NCBI GenBank assembly: GCA_964605735.1
Contig: CAZSDS010000001.1
Location: forward strand, 639,157-703,156
DNA length: 64,000 bases
From: an uncultured Candidatus Saccharibacteria bacterium
Lineage (GTDB): Bacteria > Patescibacteriota > Doudnabacteria > UBA920 > O2-02-FULL-48-8
Reading direction: 5' to 3'
The first letter of the stretch is position 1, and each line of letters starts with the position of its first letter. Shown here piece after piece: positions 1 through 8,423 of the stretch. A model generated the notes under the pieces. The model saw only the letters and a list, made by a program, of their open reading frames with translations. It was not told the origin of the DNA and searched no databases. The position numbers and the translations under genes are program-made.

Positions 1-267
1 CTGGCAAATCATTGATTTTCCGCCATTTCCCATAAAGAAACCGAACATGTTTGGATAATTTTTCCTGCAGTTTTTGTCTGGACAAACAACCCTTTGACCA
101 GAAGACCCAAATCAGGTAAAATGTAGCACGTATGTGGGACGATATTCGCGGCGGAATCGCCAACATTTTGTTAAGCGGGTTTATTCTGACTCTAAAAGCC
201 ATAGAGCGCTTTTTTGAGCGGTTGAATACCAGACAGCAAAACTGAAATTCACCAGCGTTATAAAGAA

Positions 268-298
268 GGCAGAGCAAAGCTCTGCCTTTTCCTTTTTG
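268..298. terminator. Stem-loop ggcagagc/gctctgcc followed by a T-run, downstream of the minus-strand M23 peptidase gene
   Basis: Perfect 8-bp inverted repeat with a 3-nt loop, followed by ttttccttttt. An A-rich stretch precedes it, so it may act on both strands. Confidence 0.5.
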
Positions 299-317
299 AA
301 CAAATACGTATTTGTTT

Positions 318-1562
318 TCAGTTGACTCGGTACCACCCCATCCATTCCCCTGAGCCAGGCATGAAATAGCCAATGTACCGTTCAGAGGGATCATGTCGGG
401 CATTCGTCAGGTATACATTTACCAACCCGCCTGAGATGTGCCGGAAACGGAGCGAGCGCAAATCCCAATAAGTGTCCCAGTCTGCATGGTACACATACCC
501 GGACCAGTCTGGATAAACAAACTGGGGATTATTTTGACTGAACCGCGCCCAATCCGCCAGACTTTGTTTGACTAAGGGTCGGCAGCCGTATGCCAAAGTA
601 TCCTGGACCGGCAAATACCGATCCCGCTCTTCATGCGAGGATGATCTTATTTCACCAAACCGCAGCCCCCGGCAGGTAAACTCGTCAAAAGTCAGAGAGA
701 ATTTGCGCCCGTCCTGAAATACATATACCTGCGGGTTGTTTTCGGCTTTAAAAGTTGAACCCTCCCTCAGCGGCCAAAAATTATACTCCATGTAACCGGA
801 CAAAGCGGCTACGTTTTGCACCGGAGCAATCATTAAATTGTTTTTATCAAAATTCCAGCCGTGCGTCTCAAAACTTGTCGCACTTACTGGATACAGTTTC
901 CAGTCTTCCTGCACAAAAACCGTAGGGTCATGCCCGGCTTTCACCAGATCGGCAGAAAAGGCATACTCGAACGGAGCTGCGTACCCGGTGGGTCCGGCGC
1001 CTGACGCTGCGTAAGTGGAGGTTACCGGCCTTGCCTGTGGGTTTGTGACTTGTTTATGCAAAGAAAGGTGCAAGTGAGCCCCGGCATGAGTCTGACAGCC
1101 AGATGTCTGAACATTTCCCGTGTTGCCCACACGGCCGACTAAAGATTTGCCAGCCAACACCCAATCGCCCATTGAGACATTTGTTTCGCTTAAGTGGCTG
1201 TATTTGAGCGCGAACCGGCTTTCCTGATCATACACAACCACCGTCAGCCCATATGGCCCGCGCGAACCGGCAAAAACCACCTGCCCTGAAATGCCGGCAT
1301 ACAGCCTTTGCCCGTGCGTTTTCCCACAGCCGCGCGCCCAATCCTGGGCATAGTAATCATCCCCAAAATGCGTGACCCTAAACTTGTCCGGAACCGAGTA
1401 CATCCGCGCATAATCCGGTTGCGTCAAAGTCCACCCTGCAACATCCACCACAGGATAGATCCTGGAAACACCGTTGGGATTCAGAATAATCCCGTGTGGC
1501 TGGTCAGCCCATGACAGCGCTCCCCACAAAACCAGGACAACGGCCAAAAACAAAATACGCAT
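318..1562 (-). CDS. Secreted M23-family (LytM-like) metallopeptidase with an extra C-terminal domain
   Basis: N-terminal signal peptide; HxxxD at THFGDDYYAQD; the motif GNTGNVQTSG...HLHLSLH matches the M23 GNTG...HxH signature. An AAGGAGGA Shine-Dalgarno precedes the ATG at 1562. The track start at 1565 is a GTG. Confidence 0.6.
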   Translation of the reverse strand: MRILFLAVVLVLWGALSWADQPHGIILNPNGVSRIYPVVDVAGWTLTQPDYARMYSVPDKFRVTHFGDDYYAQDWARGCGKTHGQRLYAGISGQVVFAGSRGPYGLTVVVYDQESRFALKYSHLSETNVSMGDWVLAGKSLVGRVGNTGNVQTSGCQTHAGAHLHLSLHKQVTNPQARPVTSTYAASGAGPTGYAAPFEYAFSADLVKAGHDPTVFVQEDWKLYPVSATSFETHGWNFDKNNLMIAPVQNVAALSGYMEYNFWPLREGSTFKAENNPQVYVFQDGRKFSLTFDEFTCRGLRFGEIRSSSHEERDRYLPVQDTLAYGCRPLVKQSLADWARFSQNNPQFVYPDWSGYVYHADWDTYWDLRSLRFRHISGGLVNVYLTNARHDPSERYIGYFMPGSGEWMGWYRVN

Positions 1563-1583
1563 CACACTCCTCCTTTGAATTCC

Positions 1584-2069
1584 TTAGTCCACGAACCTGA
1601 AAGTTTCCCTGATCTTAAACAATTCCTGCCAACCTGTTTCTGTTTCAGCCACCTCCTCCAGTGCAAAACACTCCCTGTCTTCCAAATGCAAAGTTATGCG
1701 CCGCAGACGCAGAGCAAAGTCGTCATAATAATCCTCTTTTGAGGCAGGAATTCCATTGATGGCAATCGGCTCAACAGTCATATGCAGATTTTCAACCCCA
1801 AAATCCTGACAGCCCGCATTGATCCTCAGCCGCATATCCATGTTTTCTATTGAAACCAGCTCAGGAATTTTGTCGTCTATTTCAAAACCTTGCGGCACAA
1901 GCACCTGATATTTATGTTTTTTGTTCGTATACAAATATTTTTCTGTCATTGGTTCCTGTATTAATTTTTTTTCAGCGCTCTGTAAAGAATTTACGTCTGT
2001 TTTTTTAAAGGCAGCGGTCATAAAAATAACGATAACACCAGCGAGAATAAAAAATAAAAGTATTTTCAT
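1584..2069 (-). CDS. Hypothetical membrane-anchored protein (N-terminal TM helix), probably co-transcribed with the M23 peptidase
   Basis: 161-aa ORF with the hydrophobic N-terminus MKILLFFILAGVIVIF. Its stop lies 17 nt upstream of the peptidase Shine-Dalgarno. Confidence 0.45.
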   Translation of the reverse strand: MKILLFFILAGVIVIFMTAAFKKTDVNSLQSAEKKLIQEPMTEKYLYTNKKHKYQVLVPQGFEIDDKIPELVSIENMDMRLRINAGCQDFGVENLHMTVEPIAINGIPASKEDYYDDFALRLRRITLHLEDRECFALEEVAETETGWQELFKIRETFRFVD

Positions 2070-2147
2070 GGGAATAAAAATAAATAAGACCTCATTTTAT
2101 TGAGATCTTATTTTGCGGTCAATGCCCGCGCTGTTGATAAATTATTT

Positions 2148-2438
2148 TCAGGCTGAATCCGGGCCAAGATTCATATACATCCGGATTTTTTCCACCAGAT
2201 CGTTGACGGGCGTGGAATGATCGTACGGAATATTGTACTGATCAGCCAGTTCGAGGAGCTCATCACGTGAGCGCGGATCATCGTCATTAGCCAATTTCTT
2301 CAAATACGAATAGCTTGGCTGGCCGTGGCGGTTAAGCCACTCCTGCGATTGCTGAATCAAATCTGATTCATCTATTGGATTTTGTTGATTTTGTTCTGGC
2401 ATATGATTTCTGGCTACTTCTATTACTAACCACATCAT
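2148..2438 (-). CDS. Hypothetical small acidic protein
   Basis: 96-aa ORF with no recognisable motif. Start uncertain; an internal ATG lies at 2402. Confidence 0.3.
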   Translation of the reverse strand: MMWLVIEVARNHMPEQNQQNPIDESDLIQQSQEWLNRHGQPSYSYLKKLANDDDPRSRDELLELADQYNIPYDHSTPVNDLVEKIRMYMNLGPDSA

Positions 2439-2550
2439 AAGCCATACCTATTTTTTGACCACTGTCTAATTGCACACCAAACCATTAAACTGCCAATTGC
2501 CACTAAATTCATCCATAACCAACTTTGATAGCTAATTTTATGATAGCCAA

Positions 2551-3588
2551 TCATAAGACAATCATAGCGTCCCCATAACTGTAGAACCGGTATTTTTCTT
2601 TAATTGCCTCGCCGTATGCGCGGAGCACCTGGTCTTTTCCGGCAAAGGCCGAAACCAGCATAATCAGCGACGACTCAGGCAGGTGGAAATTCGTCATTAA
2701 TCCTGAAATGACCTTGAACTCAAAACCTGGGTATATGAAAAGGCTGCTTTCGCCGGCGCCCGGCACTATCCTGCCGCTGTTTTCTTTGGCCACGCTCTCC
2801 AAAGTCCTTGTTGTTGTGGTTCCCACGGCAATAACCCGCCGCCCCTCGTCCAAAGCCTTGTTCACCATCCGCGCTGTTTTATCAGAAATTTCATAGAACT
2901 CAGGATCCAACTGGTGCTCCGCAACATTTTCCACTCGCACGGGTTTAAATGTTCCATAACCCACGTGCAAAGTGATTTCAGCCATTTCAATTCCTGAAGA
3001 TTTTAAATCAGACAGCAGTTCTGGCGTAAAATGCAGACCAGCAGTCGGCGCAGCCACTGACCCTAAATTCCTAGCGTAAACTGTTTGATAGCGGGTACGG
3101 TCACCGGCTTTATCAGGCCGCTTGATATATGGCGGCAAAGGCATATGACCGACTTTTTCCAGCAAAGATATGACGTCATTATACCCGGAGAGCTTCATAA
3201 CGACCTTTCCATCCGGCAATTTTTCTTTGATCGTAACGAACAGACTTTCATTGTCCTTTTTGCAAATTATTTTTGTTCCTGTTTCAACTTTCTTCCCGGG
3301 CTTAACCAAACCTTCCCAAGTATCCTGATTTAATCGTTTCAGCAAAAAACACTCAACCGCAAATTTCTTTTCTGTCCGGCCGAGCAGGCGCGCAGGCAAA
3401 ACCTTGCTGTTGTTAACCACCAACAAATCCCTGGCCCGCAAAAACTTCCCAATCTCAGACACGCGGGAATGTTCAATCTGACCTGTCTTCCTGTCCAGCA
3501 CCAAAAGCCTGGACTCAGCCCTGTCCGGCAAAGCCTCCTGGGCAATCAGCTCCTCAGGCAGGTTAAAGTTGAATTCGGAGACCTTCAT
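2551..3588 (-). CDS. queA: S-adenosylmethionine:tRNA ribosyltransferase-isomerase
   Basis: MKVSEFNFNLPEELIAQEALPDR...KVLPARL aligns with the QueA N-terminus and the protein has QueA length. The track's upstream GTG at 3615 would add a 9-aa extension, but it is preceded by AGAGGG. Confidence 0.9.
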   Translation of the reverse strand: MKVSEFNFNLPEELIAQEALPDRAESRLLVLDRKTGQIEHSRVSEIGKFLRARDLLVVNNSKVLPARLLGRTEKKFAVECFLLKRLNQDTWEGLVKPGKKVETGTKIICKKDNESLFVTIKEKLPDGKVVMKLSGYNDVISLLEKVGHMPLPPYIKRPDKAGDRTRYQTVYARNLGSVAAPTAGLHFTPELLSDLKSSGIEMAEITLHVGYGTFKPVRVENVAEHQLDPEFYEISDKTARMVNKALDEGRRVIAVGTTTTRTLESVAKENSGRIVPGAGESSLFIYPGFEFKVISGLMTNFHLPESSLIMLVSAFAGKDQVLRAYGEAIKEKYRFYSYGDAMIVL

Positions 3589-3693
3589 AGCGCCTATTTT
3601 TAGCAATATCCTCACGCATTATACCCTCTTTTGCCCTCTTCACAAAACCGCGATAATAAGCTACAATATGCAGGCTTAACCGAGGAATTTTAC

Positions 3694-4971
3694 ATGAAAG
3701 TCACGAAGAAAGACTTGGGCCATGCCCAGGCAGAATTACGGGTAGAACTCGACGCAGAAGACATCAAACCATATTTGGCTGAATCAGCAAAACACATTTC
3801 CCAGCACATTAACGTGCCGGGTTTTCGCCCTGGCAAAGCCCCTTACGAAATGGTCAAAAGAGAAGTCGGCGAGGAAAAGATTTTCACCGAAGGACTGGAC
3901 ACCATCATCAACAACTCCCTGATCAAGGCCATGCAGCAGGAAAATATTTACCCTTACGGAGACCCTAACCTGAATTTGGAAAAAATCTCCCCTCTCACTG
4001 AGGTGGTCTACAGCGTAAAGCTTGATGTTTACCCTAATGTTGAACTGGGTGAATGGCCAACTGAAAAAATCAAGAAACAGCCGATCGAAGTCAGCAAGGA
4101 TGACGTGGAAAAATCTTTGAAGGAGCTGACTAAAATGCTGATCAAGGAAGAGCTTGTTGAACGACCGGCAAAAACCGGAGATTCCGCTGTTATCGATTTT
4201 GATGTTTTGGTCAATGGCGTGCCGATTGAAGGCGGAAGCGCAAAGGATTTTGGCGTTGTCATCGGCGAAGGCAAAATGATCCCAGGATTTGAAGAGCAGA
4301 TAGTGGGAATGAAAGCCGGTGAAAACAAAGATTTCAAATTGAACTTCCCTGCCGACTACAAGGAAGATTTGGCTGGCAAGGAAGCTGATTTCAAAATTGC
4401 GGTTAAACAGGTATTGGAGCGAATTGAACCGGAAATTACGGATGAGCTGGCCAAGCGCCTGGGAGTGAACAGCAAAGATGAACTGTATAAGCGAATGGAA
4501 GACAACATCAAGGCTGAAAAAGAAGACAAAGAACGACAGCGCGCAGAAATTGAAGCTGTTAAGAAAATCACTGATGTCTCAAGCATTGGCGAGATTCCGG
4601 CGAAGATGGTTCATGATGAAGTGCACCGCCTGATCCATGAATTCGAACATGATTTGGCTCACCAGGGCGCACAGCTGTCCACTTACCTGGCGAATATCGG
4701 CAAGAAACCGGAAGATTTGGAAAAGGAATTTGAGCCGCGCGCAATTGAACGATTAAAAACCTCTTTGGTTGTTGATGCTGTGGTTGAAAAAGAGAAGATT
4801 CAGATCAATGAAAAGGAAGTTGATAAGGAATGGGACAAGCAAAAACAATTTTATGGCAACCAGCCGCAAATGCTCGACCAAGTAAACAACCCTGATTACC
4901 GCAGGCACTTGAGGGCAAGAATGCTGAAGATAAAAGCAATTGAAACGATCGCCAGCAAATTGATTGAATAA
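3694..4971 (+). CDS. tig: Trigger factor (ribosome-associated chaperone and PPIase)
   Basis: MKVTKKDLGHAQAELRVELDAEDIKPY; an FKBP-type PPIase segment; a GAGGA Shine-Dalgarno 9 nt upstream of the ATG at 3694. Confidence 0.9.
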   Translation: MKVTKKDLGHAQAELRVELDAEDIKPYLAESAKHISQHINVPGFRPGKAPYEMVKREVGEEKIFTEGLDTIINNSLIKAMQQENIYPYGDPNLNLEKISPLTEVVYSVKLDVYPNVELGEWPTEKIKKQPIEVSKDDVEKSLKELTKMLIKEELVERPAKTGDSAVIDFDVLVNGVPIEGGSAKDFGVVIGEGKMIPGFEEQIVGMKAGENKDFKLNFPADYKEDLAGKEADFKIAVKQVLERIEPEITDELAKRLGVNSKDELYKRMEDNIKAEKEDKERQRAEIEAVKKITDVSSIGEIPAKMVHDEVHRLIHEFEHDLAHQGAQLSTYLANIGKKPEDLEKEFEPRAIERLKTSLVVDAVVEKEKIQINEKEVDKEWDKQKQFYGNQPQMLDQVNNPDYRRHLRARMLKIKAIETIASKLIE

Positions 4972-4974
4972 ACG

Positions 4975-5003
4975 AAAAAAGACTCCGCACTGGAGTCTTT
5001 TTG
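4975..5003. terminator. Bidirectional intrinsic terminator after tig
   Basis: Stem gactcc-gcact-ggagtc flanked by A6 upstream and T5 downstream. Confidence 0.6.
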
Positions 5004-5241
5004 TTAACCGTTTTTCTCGCGCCATTCGTTGAATTTTTCTTTTCCTTCATTTACCTTTTCTTTGCCTTGGTCTATGTATTTGTCTAGATCGTTAAATGAT
5101 CCCATTTTGGCTCCTTGTTTAATTGCGTTCAGGATAGACAACCATATCTGGTTAGTAAATTGTGCTTTTTGCTCAAACAAAGTCGGTTTTTTGTTGCCAA
5201 TTGCCGACATAACATATACTATGTGTTCCAAGGAGGACGGG

Positions 5242-5745
5242 ATGAAAAATTACGGAATTATTGCGGTTTTGGCAGTCTTGTTTGGCTTGCCAAGTTCCCA
5301 GACTTACGGGCAAAACGGCCAGTTTTCCAGAAGGGTGAAACCGGAAATCTGGAGCGCTTACAAAGTCGAGACTCTGGAAAACAAGATTGCAGACAACAAG
5401 GCCGAGAACCACGAAATCCTATCCCGGTGGACATTCCTTTTCCTGGAATCAGACCTGGAGAGCAGTGTCTGGGACGAGGTGTTCGCGGTTGCCAACGTCA
5501 AAAAAGGCAGGTCATTTGGCGCTGACAAAGAGATGTACAGTTGGGGTGCCAGCCTGTTTACGGTGGCAGTGGCAGACTGGATGGCCAGAGACAAGGAAGC
5601 CAAACAGCAGACCAACGCCAAACTGGACCAGGCGCGCGCTCAGGCTACTGCTCTGGAAAGGCGCGTGGCGGAACTCGAATCTCAGCTCAAACAGCTGGTT
5701 GAGCAGTGCAAGAGCCATCATGGGGGCGAAACCGTGAAGAAGTAA
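5242..5745 (+). CDS. Hypothetical secreted protein with a C-terminal coiled coil
   Basis: AAGGAGGA Shine-Dalgarno followed by ATG at 5242; signal peptide MKNYGIIAVLAVLFGLPSSQTYGQ; heptad-like region LDQARAQATALERRVAELESQLKQL. The track's upstream extension from 5029 is spurious. Confidence 0.5.
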   Translation: MKNYGIIAVLAVLFGLPSSQTYGQNGQFSRRVKPEIWSAYKVETLENKIADNKAENHEILSRWTFLFLESDLESSVWDEVFAVANVKKGRSFGADKEMYSWGASLFTVAVADWMARDKEAKQQTNAKLDQARAQATALERRVAELESQLKQLVEQCKSHHGGETVKK

Positions 5746-5750
5746 AGCTA

Positions 5751-5779
5751 GCCTTTGGATTAATCCAAGGCTTTTTTTA
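5751..5779 (+). terminator. Intrinsic terminator
   Basis: gcctttgg-attaat-ccaaggc stem with a T7 run. Confidence 0.45.
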
Positions 5780-5814
5780 TTAAGTGATTCCCCTCGCCCG
5801 CTCTGTTGTAGCCC

Positions 5815-5843
5815 TTGAAAAAATCTGGCATTTATAGTAATAT
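5815..5843 (+). promoter_or_regulatory. Sigma70-like promoter for tRNA-Glu
   Basis: TTGAAA, a 17-nt spacer, then TAATAT, ending about 20 nt before the tRNA 5' end. Confidence 0.45.
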
Positions 5844-5864
5844 ATGTAGGCTTAAACTAAATAT

Positions 5865-5939
5865 GGCCCTATCGTCTAATGGTTAGGACGCCAGGTTTTC
5901 ATCCTGGTAATCGGGGTTCGATTCCCCGTGGGGCTGCCA
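5865..5939 (+). tRNA. tRNA-Glu (anticodon UUC), CCA encoded
   Basis: Cloverleaf folded by hand. Acceptor stem GGCCCTA/TGGGGCT with two G·U pairs; D-stem GTCT/GGAC; anticodon stem CCAGG/CCTGG with loop TTTTCAT giving anticodon TTC; T-arm CGGGG-TTCGATT-CCCCG; discriminator G followed by CCA. Confidence 0.85.
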
Positions 5940-5945
5940 ACAAAG

Positions 5946-5972
5946 AAGATCTCAACTCAGAGGTCTTTTTTG
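5946..5972 (+). terminator. Terminator after the tRNA
   Basis: Imperfect stem agatctc...gaggtct followed by T6. Confidence 0.4.
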
Positions 5973-6106
5973 TTTTGCTCTGCTTAGTTAGAGTGCTGGT
6001 TTTCAGATTTGAGTTTTCCTGAGAAAGAGTTTGACCAACAGAATTTTGAAAACCAAAATGTGTTAAATAAGGCATTTTTCACATTAACCTAATAACCGGG
6101 CTACTG

Positions 6107-6135
6107 TTGACTAACGACTTGATACCTGTTACTAT
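6107..6135 (+). promoter_or_regulatory. Promoter for the first genes of the accessory block
   Basis: TTGACT, a 17-nt spacer, then TACTAT. Confidence 0.45.
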
Positions 6136-6161
6136 TGGCTATCAAAGTTCATGGAGGAAAA

Positions 6162-6407
6162 ATGGCAGTTCTGTTTCTACTGGTCTCAGCCAGTTTCTTT
6201 CTAGCAGGAGTAGTTCGTGGTCGAATATCCTCAAGTATCGTTAAGAGCATTTCTCGAGACGAGATCATGGACGCAATTAGCCAGACAGGATCCAAGGATA
6301 TCACCAAGCTTGTAGCGTCTAATACATCCATGCTGAAGGCTGAAAAGTTCTACATCATCAGCGCTTTGGTGTCTCTGGTTGGATTCGTAATACTGGCTTC
6401 ACAATAG
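6162..6407 (+). CDS. Small protein with two TM helices, hypothetical
   Basis: GGAGG Shine-Dalgarno before the ATG at 6162; hydrophobic segments at both the N- and C-terminus. The track start at 6135 is a TTG. Confidence 0.5.
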   Translation: MAVLFLLVSASFFLAGVVRGRISSSIVKSISRDEIMDAISQTGSKDITKLVASNTSMLKAEKFYIISALVSLVGFVILASQ

Positions 6408-6412
6408 GAGGG

Positions 6413-6949
6413 ATGATGATTTTCCACAATGATCTGGCGAGAGGCGCTTTCATTTCCGGAGTGGTGGGCTTGGTGGCAATGGTAGGTGTAATTGGATACG
6501 CTGTGCACGAGCAGCGTGTTTATGCATCTTACCCAACAGTTGCCGAACACCTCGCTGAACGCGGACTTACAGGTGAACATGAAGTCAAGCGTACCGAGAA
6601 GTTCATCGGTATTTCTGGGTCGTTTTCCGGCGGGTTCTTCCTAGGTAGTGGATCGATCAACGGTTCTGTCGGTTCGGTTCCTTCTACCGGTTTCTACTGG
6701 GAAGCTGGACCGAATGAAATCGTCTACACGTCGTGGCCAACCACTGGATTTCGGATCATCATTGACCCGGAAAAGACAGTACCAACCATCGAGTTCGTTT
6801 TCAGCGAATGGTGGAAAAACAGAAGAGAAGAACGGATGGACGCACGCAACGTCAACGGGTACTTGCAAGTAAACACTGTTGATTTGATCGTCGTGCGAAT
6901 CTCGCAAGAGACCCTGGAAAAGGAAGTGTACCTACCACACGCACGATAG
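6413..6949 (+). CDS. Membrane-anchored hypothetical protein, translationally coupled to the preceding gene
   Basis: An AGGAGG Shine-Dalgarno overlaps the upstream stop; one N-terminal TM helix (GAFISGVVGLVAMVGVIGYAV); Gly/Ser-rich linker; no known motif. Confidence 0.5.
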   Translation: MMIFHNDLARGAFISGVVGLVAMVGVIGYAVHEQRVYASYPTVAEHLAERGLTGEHEVKRTEKFIGISGSFSGGFFLGSGSINGSVGSVPSTGFYWEAGPNEIVYTSWPTTGFRIIIDPEKTVPTIEFVFSEWWKNRREERMDARNVNGYLQVNTVDLIVVRISQETLEKEVYLPHAR

Positions 6950-6978
6950 GACATGGGGATTTCTCAGTTTCCCATGTT

Positions 6979-7009
6979 GGGAGTTTGCTCTAGCAGACTC
7001 CCTTTTTTA
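6979..7009 (+). terminator. Intrinsic terminator
   Basis: gggagt-(12-nt loop)-actccc followed by T6. Confidence 0.55.
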
Positions 7010-7020
7010 TTGGCTAAACT

Positions 7021-7047
7021 CGATATTTTTGATAGTATGTTTATAAT
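7021..7047 (+). promoter_or_regulatory. Promoter, giving a (near-)leaderless transcript for the 7061 gene
   Basis: TCGATA, a 16-nt spacer, then TATAAT ending about 13 nt before the ATG; no Shine-Dalgarno. Confidence 0.35.
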
Positions 7048-7060
7048 TAACTTATTATAT

Positions 7061-7675
7061 ATGGCTCCTGAAATACATCCTGACAGACAGAATTTTGAAA
7101 ATTGGTCTAAAAGCGAAGAAGAACACAAAAAAGCCAGAGAATCCGGAGAAGAGGAAATGAAATCCCTTAATCCTGTTAAAAAAATTTCTGGCTGGTTTAA
7201 AGCTGATAAACACGGGATTAAAGAGGATCAGTACAGAGGGGCCAAAGAAAGAGCTTTGGAGCGGGCACAAAACGAAGCAGAACAATTTAACCAGTTTCTA
7301 GATTGGCTTTTGGAAAATTCGGATAAGTATGAAGAGTGGGTTACGGCTTCATTTGGCGGCAGGAAAGAGTTCGAAACATACATCCATAATCTCCGTGATA
7401 TTTGGGGTAAGCAGTATGATGATGAAGGTCAAGGAACAGAGTACCCTGATCATTCTGATTTCATAAAAAAGAATCAAAATAAATTTGTATCATGGATTAG
7501 TAACTATTTCGCAGGCGGATTAAGTCAATTCCAAGAGAAGGTTGAAAAGGGAGAATTCTACGATTTTAAAAATATGCAATCTAAGAAAAGTGGACGTAAA
7601 ACAAGTGGTTCAGATGATTTTGTGTCACGTGATGCTTATGATCGGCGAGTCCGGCAGGAACCGGGAAATTACTAG
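7061..7675 (+). CDS. Hypothetical highly charged cytoplasmic protein (low-GC gene)
   Basis: 204-aa ORF, Lys/Glu-rich, with no TM helix or signal peptide. About 35% GC against about 45-50% in the surrounding genes. The track's N-terminal extension from 6953 covers the terminator and promoter. Confidence 0.45.
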   Translation: MAPEIHPDRQNFENWSKSEEEHKKARESGEEEMKSLNPVKKISGWFKADKHGIKEDQYRGAKERALERAQNEAEQFNQFLDWLLENSDKYEEWVTASFGGRKEFETYIHNLRDIWGKQYDDEGQGTEYPDHSDFIKKNQNKFVSWISNYFAGGLSQFQEKVEKGEFYDFKNMQSKKSGRKTSGSDDFVSRDAYDRRVRQEPGNY

Positions 7676-7807
7676 CAATGCTAAACTGGTTGCACTACCA
7701 AAGTGTTATAAATACCCCTAACCATAGCCAAATAAGTTTTCATCCTGTCTCGAACTGGTCTGCCAAGAAAAATGCTCACCATTTATGATGGGCGTTTTTC
7801 TTTTACG

Positions 7808-7846
7808 TAAATAAAAAACCGTAAATTCATTTTTTTAATTTACGGA
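7808..7846 (-). terminator. Terminator of the 7840..8313 gene; the stem includes its stop codon
   Basis: 9-bp stem ccgtaaatt/aatttacgg, followed by a T-run on the minus strand. Confidence 0.55.
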
Positions 7847-8313
7847 TCAATACGAACATATTTTATCCAATTGGACAGGGTGAGCGAACCCCTCCGTTCT
7901 ACCTCCTCGTACGGAAGATCGTTCAATACCCCATACGGCCCATGACCCCACACATACCCGTGACTTACGATTACAATGTTGTGCGTGGCATGAAAATGAA
8001 ACCCGCCATGAGTTCCCTCGTCGAAGGGATTCGTGTTCTCCACAATAACTTCATCTGGCAGATGTTCAACGAGCAATCGGCGAAACTCATCTTCAGAAAC
8101 CCTCATAAGAAAATAGGGCTTGGCGTACTCGGGATAATAATTACTGATCCCGTATTTTTCCATTACACTTCCGATGGCCGCCTTGAATTCTTTTGATTGG
8201 GTTTGGTGTTTAAAGATGACATCTTTCAGCCCTTGAATCAACCTCCATCCTGGAATTATCGAAAGAAAGAGCTCTCTATCTGATATGGTATTGCGCTCCA
8301 TTTCCTCCTCCAT
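7840..8313 (-). CDS. Hypothetical His-rich protein (possible metal-binding enzyme)
   Basis: 157-aa ORF with no Shine-Dalgarno. The cluster HGGFHFHATHNIVIVSHGYVWGHGPYG has 7 His in 27 aa. No family recognised. Confidence 0.45.
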   Translation of the reverse strand: MEEEMERNTISDRELFLSIIPGWRLIQGLKDVIFKHQTQSKEFKAAIGSVMEKYGISNYYPEYAKPYFLMRVSEDEFRRLLVEHLPDEVIVENTNPFDEGTHGGFHFHATHNIVIVSHGYVWGHGPYGVLNDLPYEEVERRGSLTLSNWIKYVRIDP

Positions 8314-8423
8314 TTTGATTGTACATTATCACATAAAACAATGCGCGTTGCAACACTAATGAATTACTGACTATTTGAGGGCAGCTGTCTCGAAAGGGTG
8401 TTTTTTGTTACAATTTTAACAAC

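Noticed and set aside
301-314. Perfect 14-nt palindrome caaatacgtatttg just downstream of the M23 peptidase stop.
   Set aside because: It is too short and is an isolated occurrence. It could be an operator, but nothing supports this.
5029-5241. Upstream extension of the 5242 gene in the ORF track. Similar extensions occur at 6953-7060, 38198-38251, 14961-14993, 32716-32855 and 44339-44365.
   Set aside because: The extensions span terminators or promoters, or overlap upstream genes. An internal ATG with a good Shine-Dalgarno or a family-consistent N-terminus gives the real start.
6030-7102. Exact 15-mer acagaattttgaaaa occurring twice, at about 6036 and about 7086. It was considered as att-like direct repeats flanking an insertion.
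   Set aside because: In 64 kb of AT-biased sequence roughly one or more exact 15-mer repeats are expected by chance. The second copy lies inside coding sequence (DRQNFENW), and neither copy matches the tRNA 3' end.
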